From assembly GCA_903889905.1 (NCBI GenBank), contig CAISZI010000051.1, positions 2,647 to 66,646 on the forward strand: 64,000 nt of DNA. The letters are read 5' to 3'. Under the pieces are notes generated by a model. It saw only the letters and a program-made list of their open reading frames with translations, had not been told where the DNA came from and did not search any database. The DNA is from Candidatus Wirthbacteria bacterium. Its GTDB lineage: Bacteria > Patescibacteriota > CG2-30-54-11. This document shows, piece by piece, positions 29,196 to 36,281 of the stretch; position 1 is the first letter of the stretch, and the number at the start of each line of letters is the position of its first letter. The translations under genes were made by a program, and so were the position numbers.

Positions 29196-29204
29196 TGGTA
29201 TAAT
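29196..29204 (+). promoter_or_regulatory. extended -10 promoter element TGgTATAAT
   Basis: Read directly. The upstream TTGACT at 29172-29177 is 21 nt away, so there is probably no functional -35. Confidence 0.4.
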
Positions 29205-29366
29205 AGATATTCCTAGGCAGTACGTTAACAAAAGCAATGGGTGTGGGCGTGTCAGGGGCCTAGCTCTGATTGCCTGCTGTAACGAGCAGACCTATTGCCA
29301 TCCGATTGGTAGCCACTCTGGCTACCGTTTAGCCCAGTCCGTGGGGTGATGCACGGACAGGTTAGA

Positions 29367-29645
29367 ATGAAAAGAGTTTTTGCACTGCCAGTCCTCGTAG
29401 GACTGGCAGTAATCGCGTGGGCGGCCCTGAGTCAGGGGACGTCCACGCTGGACCGGGCCCTCGGCATCGTTGGCGGTGCCTTGGGCCTGGCGGCTTTTCT
29501 TGCTCTCGCCCATGGGGCAAGAAAAGTTGGGCTCCACGAGCCCAGCAAAAAGCCGGACATCCGCGGGTCCAGCCGCTGGCCGCGGATCGTTTTGATGGTC
29601 GTATTGGTTTTTTTGCTCATGTTGGCGCTTGGGATCATCCATTAG
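29367..29645 (+). CDS. small hydrophobic protein (92 aa, 3 predicted TM)
   Basis: ATG at 29367 (MKRVFALPVLVGLAVIAW...), downstream of the extended -10 element and a 160-nt structured leader. Confidence 0.35.
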   Translation: MKRVFALPVLVGLAVIAWAALSQGTSTLDRALGIVGGALGLAAFLALAHGARKVGLHEPSKKPDIRGSSRWPRIVLMVVLVFLLMLALGIIH

Positions 29646-29707
29646 GATGACCTCGGGCACTTGTCCACATTGCGTGGGCAAGTGTAGCCAACATGAGCAG
29701 CATTCGA

Positions 29708-29744
29708 AGACCACCGGTTTAAACTGCTCTTAAACCGGTGGTCT
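29708..29744. repeat. perfect 16-bp inverted repeat (AGACCACCGGTTTAAA ... TTTAAACCGGTGGTCT)
   Basis: Read directly, about 60 nt after the stop of 29367..29645; there is no T-run, so it is either not a classic terminator or a protein-binding palindrome. Confidence 0.45.
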
Positions 29745-30020
29745 ACACCTTTGTACTAATATTTCTCGTGAAAAATACCTGCCATTGACTCATATTGTTT
29801 TAGGTTTACAATGAAGCTGTCTCCGCCTTCTCGTTTACGATAGTCCGTTCTTCCGTCAGCCAATCGGTTCGTCGGTTCAGTCGGGTTCGTCGAGTAGGGA
29901 ATTATTTTCAGACAGTCGGTGTTCTGGGTTATGGCGGAGGCACTCAGGGCAAGCCGGTGGGAGGGTTCAATGGTGAACTTCCCACCGGTTTCTTTTTTGG
30001 AGGAAGAGCGTTATTATTGA

Positions 30021-30092
30021 TTGACATTCACTAAATTTATGTAATAATAGTGAACGTATTCACTAAATTTACATCATAATAGTGAGCAGATT
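30021..30092 (+). promoter_or_regulatory. tandem palindromic operator-like repeats (2 x about 30 bp, each TTCACTA-N16-TAGTGAa/g) overlapping a TTGACA -35
   Basis: ATTCACTAAATTTATGTAATAATAGTGAA and ATTCACTAAATTTACATCATAATAGTGAG lie directly upstream of the GTG start at 30093. Confidence 0.5.
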
Positions 30093-31226
30093 GTGATATT
30101 ACGATTGTTTGAATCTATCGTCAAGAAACAATTCTGGCAAGGGAAGGTGATCGTCCTGACCGGGGCCAGACAAGTGGGGAAAAGCACTTTGGTCGAGATG
30201 ATGCTGAGTGACACGAAGAGTACTGAAATCAAACGCTTCAATGCGGATGATCCCCAGGATCGGGAGTTACTGACGAATCGCAGTTTGCCTTTTTTGCAAA
30301 ATCTGGTGGGGGATGCCAGGATCGTGGTGATCGACGAAGGTCAAAAGGTGTCGACCATTGGCCAGACACTCAAGTTGATGGTGGACCATTATCGCGACCA
30401 GAAACAAATCATCGTGACGGGTTCGTCGAGTTTTCGCCTGTTGGATAGTACCCAGGAAGCACTCACCGGACGGAAGTTTACACATACGTTATATCCCCTC
30501 AGCCTCGCCGAATTGTATCCCGGCAGAGATGTCCTCCAGATGACCAGGGATCTGGAAAGCCTAATAATTTACGGATCATATCCCGATGTGATCACACAGA
30601 AATCCTATGCGGACAAAGAGACCAGATTAAGGGAACTCACGTCGAGTTATCTTTATCAGGACATTCTGGAATTCCAGCAAATCAAAAACCCGGAGTTGCT
30701 GCGTTCATTGCTCAAGGCCCTGGCCCTGCAAATTGGTTCGGAAGTGTCCTATACGGAACTGTCAAATTTGCTGGGAATAGACAAAAATACCGTCGAACGT
30801 TATGTGGATTTACTCGAAAAAAATTATGTCATTTTTCGGTTATCCCCATGGGCGCGCAACAAGCGCAAGGAAATTTCGAAATTACGCAAAATTTATTTTT
30901 ATGACAATGGCATTCGCAATAGCATCCTGGGCAGCTTTAATCTCCTCGATAGTCGCAACGATACTGGGGCCCTGTGGGAGAATTGGATGATGGTCGAACG
31001 GCTCAAATACCGTACGTATAAGGGGATTTATCGTGATATGTATTTTTGGCGCTCATATCGTCAGGAAGAGGTAGATTTGGTGGAAGAGCAGGGGGATCGA
31101 CTACAGGGATTTGAATTTAAATGGAAAGCGACAAAGTCCTCCAAACCGCCAAGTGGTTGGGTCGGTTATGGCGGGAGTTATGAAGTTGTCACGGCAGAGA
31201 CGTTCCCGGCTTTTTTGTTTGGCTAA
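30093..31226 (+). CDS. AAA-family ATPase with a DUF4143-type C-terminal domain (COG1373-like)
   Basis: Walker A GARQVGKST; Walker B IVVIDEGQ; typical length of 377 aa. Confidence 0.7.
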   Translation: MILRLFESIVKKQFWQGKVIVLTGARQVGKSTLVEMMLSDTKSTEIKRFNADDPQDRELLTNRSLPFLQNLVGDARIVVIDEGQKVSTIGQTLKLMVDHYRDQKQIIVTGSSSFRLLDSTQEALTGRKFTHTLYPLSLAELYPGRDVLQMTRDLESLIIYGSYPDVITQKSYADKETRLRELTSSYLYQDILEFQQIKNPELLRSLLKALALQIGSEVSYTELSNLLGIDKNTVERYVDLLEKNYVIFRLSPWARNKRKEISKLRKIYFYDNGIRNSILGSFNLLDSRNDTGALWENWMMVERLKYRTYKGIYRDMYFWRSYRQEEVDLVEEQGDRLQGFEFKWKATKSSKPPSGWVGYGGSYEVVTAETFPAFLFG

Positions 31227-31349
31227 AAAAGGTGATGCTAATGTCGCGATCTAAAATTGCCGGACTATAGTCATGTGATTTAGCTAAATTTGCTGAGCGT
31301 AGTCATGGTTTTATTAACTTGTGTTGCTGTGGGATGGAGAGATTGATTC

Positions 31350-31378
31350 TTGACACTGGGACGGCTTGCGATTATAAG
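31350..31378 (+). promoter_or_regulatory. sigma-70-type promoter TTGACA-17-TATAAG
   Basis: tTTGACActgggacggcttgcgatTATAAGt read directly. Confidence 0.5.
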
Positions 31379-31384
31379 TATTGG

Positions 31385-31648
31385 CATTGGAGGGCGTTGC
31401 CTTTCAGGTTTGGGATTGAAAGTGTTGTACGGTTGGTGTAACCGAAGGTTGTGTCCTAAGTAGTAAGGACCCTTCGCTGCACTCAGGGTGACAACGAGTA
31501 GTAGATTCCAGCGTCAGGCCCGCGTTAAGGGTCAAAGTCAAAGCGTTCGATAGATTTCCCGGACTTGCAACCCAACACGTTGTCAGTCGCGGGAACACAC
31601 AAAAGTCTGATCAAGCGGTGCTGCATTTTTTGCGGCGCCGCTTTTTTT
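31385..31648 (+). ncRNA. candidate structured leader/sRNA of about 265 nt upstream of glnA, ending in an intrinsic terminator
   Basis: Bounded by the promoter at 31350-31378 and the terminator at 31614-31648. Several internal hairpins (CGAAGG...CCTTCG, GTCC...GGAC). No convincing ORF. Confidence 0.3.
31614..31648 (+). terminator. rho-independent terminator (11-bp stem with G-U pairs plus TTTTTTT)
   Basis: AGCGGTGCTGC-attttt-TGCGGCGCCGCT followed by TTTTTTT. Confidence 0.6.
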
Positions 31649-31661
31649 GTGATCAAGAAAA

Positions 31662-31764
31662 GCCCCCTACCCCCTTTACAAGGGGAAAAGAGTACTTCAC
31701 CCATCCCTTTCCTAATTTAGTAGAGGGCAAGATCATACCCCCTTGTAAAGGGGGCGCAGGGGGC
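31662..31764. repeat. long inverted repeat of two C5/G5 hairpin modules (GCCCCCTACCCCCTTTACAAGGGG ... CCCCTTGTAAAGGGGGCGCAGGGGGC)
   Basis: The arms at 31662-31685 and 31737-31764 are near-perfect reverse complements, separated by about 50 nt. Confidence 0.55.
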
Positions 31765-31793
31765 TTATTCCTTAGTTTATTTCTTAATCTTTT

Positions 31794-33149
31794 TTGGAGG
31801 CATTTATGCCCAAGCTCACCAAAGAGCAGATCGTCAAAATGGTGGATGAGGAGGATGTCGCTCTGGTGGACCTGCAGTTCACGGATTACCTCGGTGCCCT
31901 CAAAAGCATCAGTATCCCGGCGGCCAAATTCAAGGACACTATCTACAACGGCTGCTGGTTTGACGGGTCTTCGGTGGAGGGCTTTGCTCGTATTCATGAA
32001 AGCGACATGTTCCTCGTTCCTGATCCTGACACTTTTGCCATTGTGCCCTGGCGCGCCAATGACGGTGCCGTGGCGCGGGTGATCTGCGACGTGCATCGCG
32101 CCGACATGACGCCGTTCGAAGGTGATCCACGCCAGATTTTGAAAAAGGTCATCGCCGAAGCCGCGGAGATGGGTTATATCTGCCACACCGGACCGGAACT
32201 CGAGTTCTTCATGTTTCCCAAGGACGAGGACGGCAATATCGAGTTTGAATCCAAAGGCAATGGTTACTACTTTACCCACGCCATGGACGAAAGCTACGAC
32301 ATCCGCAAGGAAATTGTGGAATCGCTCGAACAATTCGGGATCGAAGTCGAAGCCAGCCATTACGAAGTTGCGGAAAAGCAGCACGAGATTGACTTCAAAT
32401 ATGCGGACGCCCTGACCACCGCCGACAATGCCCTGACGCTCAAATACACGGTCAAGAACATTGCTAATCTGTATCGCTACCATGCCACCTTCATGCCCAA
32501 ACCCCAGTTTGGCATGAATGGTTCCGGGATGCACACACACTTCAGCATGGCGGATATCAAAACCGGTAAAAACCTCTTCTACGATCCCAAAGACAGTTAC
32601 AACCTCTCCAAACTTGCCTATCAGTTCATGGCTGGAGTGCTCAAATACATTGCCGAGATCAGCGCCATCACGTCGCCCACGGTCAATTCCTACAAACGCC
32701 TTACGCCCGGCTACGAAGCGCCCTGCTACATCTGCTGGGCCCGCAAAAATCGCAGTGCCCTGATCCGCGTGCCTGGTGTGAAACCCGAAGCGATTGCCGC
32801 CACCCGCATTGAAGTGCGCTGCCCGGATCCATCCAACAATCCTTACCTCGCCATTGCCGCACTGCTCAAGGCGGGTTTGACTGGGATCAAGGACAAACTC
32901 GAGATCCGTACGCCAGTGGAGGAAAATCTGTTCCATTTCGACGATGCCAAGCTGAAGAAGTATTACATCAACCAGCTGCCGGCGAGTTTGATTGAGGCGC
33001 TCGCATTGTTCAAGAAATCCAAGTTAATGCGTGAAGTGCTGGGCGATTACACGTTTGACCGGTATGTTGCCACGAAGGAAGCGGAATGGGATTCTTTCCG
33101 GCTGGCGGTGACGGATTGGGAGTTGAAACGGTATTTTGAGGAGGTCTGA
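31794..33149 (+). CDS. glnA: glutamine synthetase, type I
   Basis: MPKLTKEQIVKMVDEEDVALVDLQFTDYLG...; GS signatures (FDGSS, NPYL, the GPE region). RBS GGAGG. Confidence 0.9.
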   Translation: MEAFMPKLTKEQIVKMVDEEDVALVDLQFTDYLGALKSISIPAAKFKDTIYNGCWFDGSSVEGFARIHESDMFLVPDPDTFAIVPWRANDGAVARVICDVHRADMTPFEGDPRQILKKVIAEAAEMGYICHTGPELEFFMFPKDEDGNIEFESKGNGYYFTHAMDESYDIRKEIVESLEQFGIEVEASHYEVAEKQHEIDFKYADALTTADNALTLKYTVKNIANLYRYHATFMPKPQFGMNGSGMHTHFSMADIKTGKNLFYDPKDSYNLSKLAYQFMAGVLKYIAEISAITSPTVNSYKRLTPGYEAPCYICWARKNRSALIRVPGVKPEAIAATRIEVRCPDPSNNPYLAIAALLKAGLTGIKDKLEIRTPVEENLFHFDDAKLKKYYINQLPASLIEALALFKKSKLMREVLGDYTFDRYVATKEAEWDSFRLAVTDWELKRYFEEV

Positions 33150-33152
33150 AGA

Positions 33153-33200
33153 TTCATAACGCCCCCTGCCCCCGCTTACCTTAAGCGGGGGTAAGAGGGA
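33153..33200. repeat. C5/G5 terminator-like module TTCATAACGCCCCCTGCCCCCGCTTACCTTAAGCGGGGGTAAGAGGGA
   Basis: Starts 4 nt after the glnA stop. A near-identical copy lies at 36205..36250. Confidence 0.6.
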
Positions 33201-33286
33201 TAGTCTATAGGATAAATCGTAGGGGCAATTCATGAATTGCCCCTACGATTGTGTTATTATTCCGGGTGTAAATCATAGGAGGGATT

Positions 33287-33568
33287 ATGCTTACCAAGGA
33301 ACAGGTTTTGAAAATTGCGCATCTGGCGCGGCTCAAATTAACCGAAGCGGAAGTTGAAAAATACCAGGGACAACTCTCGCAAATCCTGGATTATGTGGCC
33401 ATGCTCGATGAGGTTGATGTCTCCAAAGTGGAGCCGACGGCGCAGGTCACGGGGCTCACCAATAGTATGCGGCCGGATGAAGCCAAGGTTTCATTCGGGC
33501 AATCTGTCTCGATCCGTGAGGCGGCAGCTACCCAAAAGGGTTATTTCAAAGTCAAAGCGGTTTTATAG
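33287..33568 (+). CDS. gatC: Asp-tRNA(Asn)/Glu-tRNA(Gln) amidotransferase subunit C
   Basis: LTKEQVLKIAHLARLKLTEAEVEKYQGQLSQILDYVAMLDEVDV is typical GatC. Confidence 0.85.
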   Translation: MLTKEQVLKIAHLARLKLTEAEVEKYQGQLSQILDYVAMLDEVDVSKVEPTAQVTGLTNSMRPDEAKVSFGQSVSIREAAATQKGYFKVKAVL

Positions 33569-33579
33569 GAGCACTACAC

Positions 33580-35052
33580 ATGGATTTCAATGTTTTAACG
33601 ATCAAAGGGGCGAGCGCGCTTTTAAAAAACAAGCAGGTCTCTTCGCGCGAACTGACTCAAGACGCTTTTGCCGCGATTGAGAAACAGGACGGCCAGATTC
33701 ATAGCTTTCTGACCCTGGAAAAAGACGTGGCCGGCAAGATGGCCGAAGCAGCGGACGCGCGGCTTGCTGCTGGTAAAGGCAATGCCCTCACGGGTATTCC
33801 GCTGGGCGTCAAAGATTGCTACCTGGTGGAGGGATTTAAAGCGTTTAGCGCTTCCAAAATTTTGGACAACTACGAGTCACAGTACGAAGGTCCGGCCATT
33901 GCCAGGTTGCGCGCCGAAAGTCCGGTTTTTCTGGGCAAAACCAATACGGATGAATTTACCTGTGGGGCTTCCACTGAAAATTCCGCTTATGGTACCACCC
34001 ACAATCCGTGGGATTTAGACCGTGTCCCCGGTGGTTCTTCGGGTGGTTCAGCCGCAGCCGTTGCTGCTGGACTCTGCCTTGCGGCGCTGGGCACTGATAC
34101 TGGCGGCTCGATCCGTCAACCGTCCAGTTTGTGCGGCACGGTGGGACTCAAAAATACCTACGGACGTATTCCACGCTTTGGGGTGATTCCGATGGCGTCC
34201 AGTTTGGACACGATAGGAGCGATTACCAAGACCGTCGAAGACATGGCGCTGATGCTGCAGGTGATGGCCGGGCCGGATAGTCGCGATGCCACCACGCCCA
34301 ATGCGCCGATTCCGAATTACAGCGCGCTGCTGGGCAAAGATATCAAAGGCCTCAAGGTGGGCGTGCCCAAGGAATACTTTGTCGAAGGGATGGAAGCGGG
34401 AGTGGAGCAGTCGGTCCGCGAAGGGATTAAGGAGCTGGAAAAACTGGGCGCGCAGATTGTCGATATTTCTTTGCCTTACACCAAATATGCCATCCCTGTG
34501 TATTACCTGATCGTACCGTCTGAGGTCAGTTCCAATATGGCACGCTTTGATGCCATGCGCTATGGGCCACGCAGCAAAGACGCCGCAGATGTGCTGGAGT
34601 TTTACCTTGAGAACCGTGGTATGGGTTTTGGGCCAGAAATGAAGCGCCGCATCATGATTGGCACGCACGCCTTGTCGAGTGGTTATTACGACGCTTACTA
34701 CATCAAGGCGCAGAAAGTGCGGACATTGATTCGGCAGGATTTTGAGCAAGCCTTTAAAAATGTCGATGTGATCGTGACGCCCACGAGTCCAACCACGGCA
34801 TTTAAAATTGGTGCCAAAAACGATGACCCGCTGCAAATGTACCTGGCCGATATTTTTACGGTTTCCATTAACCTGGCGGGTGTACCGGCACTGAACGTTC
34901 CATGTGGTTTCTCCCAACCCGCGGATGGGGAGCGGGAGCTGCCGGTGGGGATGCAGATCATTGGGCCGAATTTCAGTGAAGACCGCTTGCTGCAGGTGGG
35001 ACACGCGTTTGAGCAGGCGACGGAATGGCATCAGCGGAAGGCGCAGATTTAG
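33580..35052 (+). CDS. gatA: Asp-tRNA(Asn)/Glu-tRNA(Gln) amidotransferase subunit A (amidase signature)
   Basis: Amidase signature GGSSGGSAAAVAAG, with the Ser-cisSer-Lys context. Confidence 0.9.
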   Translation: MDFNVLTIKGASALLKNKQVSSRELTQDAFAAIEKQDGQIHSFLTLEKDVAGKMAEAADARLAAGKGNALTGIPLGVKDCYLVEGFKAFSASKILDNYESQYEGPAIARLRAESPVFLGKTNTDEFTCGASTENSAYGTTHNPWDLDRVPGGSSGGSAAAVAAGLCLAALGTDTGGSIRQPSSLCGTVGLKNTYGRIPRFGVIPMASSLDTIGAITKTVEDMALMLQVMAGPDSRDATTPNAPIPNYSALLGKDIKGLKVGVPKEYFVEGMEAGVEQSVREGIKELEKLGAQIVDISLPYTKYAIPVYYLIVPSEVSSNMARFDAMRYGPRSKDAADVLEFYLENRGMGFGPEMKRRIMIGTHALSSGYYDAYYIKAQKVRTLIRQDFEQAFKNVDVIVTPTSPTTAFKIGAKNDDPLQMYLADIFTVSINLAGVPALNVPCGFSQPADGERELPVGMQIIGPNFSEDRLLQVGHAFEQATEWHQRKAQI

Positions 35053-35082
35053 TTTCTTGTTGGATCAAATGATCTCGGATGT

Positions 35083-35138
35083 CATGCCGAGATCCTGTCC
35101 TCCGAAGCCAGGCGAAGGGGGATAACTCGGCATCTCGA
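35083..35138. repeat. inverted copy of the CCTCC...GGAGG palindromic unit (family R1) flanked by the 9-bp IR CATGCCGAG/CTCGGCATC
   Basis: GTCCTCCGAAGCCAGGCGAAGGGGG is the reverse complement of the CCTTCGCCAAGGCTTCGGAGGAC units seen at 3783, 40737 and 57590. Confidence 0.5.
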
Positions 35139-35215
35139 ATTAATAGCGCCAGGATGGGATTAGATGCTGAATCAAGTTCAGCATGACATCTATTAGCAAG
35201 AGTAGGATTAAAACA

Positions 35216-36211
35216 ATGGGTAAAGCATTAGTCTTGTTTGCCGGTGGAACCCTGGCCATGGAAGTGGGCCGGGATGGCGCTTTGGTGTCAGACCAAAAAC
35301 CGGAGAAGGTCCTAGAGCTACTGCCGGATGTGTCGACTATTGCGGAGTGTGACTTCACGATGGTGAGCAACCTGGATAGTTCCAATATGCAGACTGAGCA
35401 TTGGGTACAGCTTGCGACCATCATTTACCACAATTTGCATGAATACGATGGTTTTGTCATCCTGCATGGCACGGATACGATGGCCTACACAGCCTCAGCT
35501 TTGTCATTTGCCTTGCTCGGCATTGGCAAACCGGTGGTGTTGACGGGAGCACAGAAGCCCGTTACCGACCTCTCGACCGATGCCGTCAATAACTTCGTCA
35601 ATGCGGTCAAAGTGTCACAAATGGACATGGCGGAAGTCTGTATCGTTTTTGGCACACAAATCTTGCGGGGTAACCGCGCGACCAAACAAAGCGACATCCA
35701 ACTCGATGCGTTCCGGTCGCCGATGCTGCATCCCCTTGGCGAGATCGATCTGGAACCGCACCTCAGCGGCTTGCAGCAAAAACGTCACCAACGCGATATG
35801 AAATTTGTACCAACTTTTGACAATCATGTGCTTGTTTTTCAACTGTTTCCCGGCATGGAACCGGCGCTCCTTTTGCAAGCTGTAGAAACGGATTGTCAGG
35901 GTGTTGTCCTGCTCGGATTTGGTGCTGGTAATGTGCCACATGTTGAGCGCCCGGTGGATGAAGCGATCAAAAGTATCGTGGAGCGTGGCATCCCGGTGCT
36001 GGTCACGACGCAGTGCAGTTCGCGTCAAGGCAGCATGCGCGCTTATCAGGCAGGTTTTGATGCCGTACAGGCCGGAGCGGTTTCGACGCGCGACATGACC
36101 GATGAGGCGGCGATCACCAAACTGATGTGGGTGCTGTCACAAACGCAGGAAGTGCATTATGTCAAAAGGATGATGGAGAAACCGATGTGTGGGGAGATGG
36201 GGACTTCATAA
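35216..36211 (+). CDS. L-asparaginase / glutaminase-asparaginase family protein (type I, cytoplasmic)
   Basis: LVLFAGGTLAMEV (the catalytic-Thr motif TGGTIAG-like), HGTDTMAYTASALSF, and a type I asparaginase C-terminal domain. Sits between gatA and gatB. Confidence 0.8.
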   Translation: MGKALVLFAGGTLAMEVGRDGALVSDQKPEKVLELLPDVSTIAECDFTMVSNLDSSNMQTEHWVQLATIIYHNLHEYDGFVILHGTDTMAYTASALSFALLGIGKPVVLTGAQKPVTDLSTDAVNNFVNAVKVSQMDMAEVCIVFGTQILRGNRATKQSDIQLDAFRSPMLHPLGEIDLEPHLSGLQQKRHQRDMKFVPTFDNHVLVFQLFPGMEPALLLQAVETDCQGVVLLGFGAGNVPHVERPVDEAIKSIVERGIPVLVTTQCSSRQGSMRAYQAGFDAVQAGAVSTRDMTDEAAITKLMWVLSQTQEVHYVKRMMEKPMCGEMGTS

Positions 36212-36250
36212 CGCCCCCTAGCCCCCGCTTATCTTAAGCGGGGGGATAAG
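36205..36250. repeat. C5/G5 terminator-like module, near-identical copy (TTCATAACGCCCCCTAGCCCCCGCTTATCTTAAGCGGGGGGATAAG)
   Basis: Overlaps the asparaginase stop codon (TAA within TTCATAA). Confidence 0.6.
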
Positions 36251-36281
36251 AAAGAATAAGAAATTTTGTAAAAGAGGAAAC

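Noticed and set aside
30026-30086. Considered whether the direct repeats are a CRISPR array
   Set aside because: Only two repeat units with essentially no spacer between them, each internally palindromic and promoter-overlapping; this is an operator layout, not CRISPR.
31653-32936. 427-aa minus-strand ORF
   Set aside because: Antisense to glnA, whose product is unmistakable; shadow ORF.
34048-35031. 327-aa minus-strand ORF
   Set aside because: Antisense shadow of gatA.
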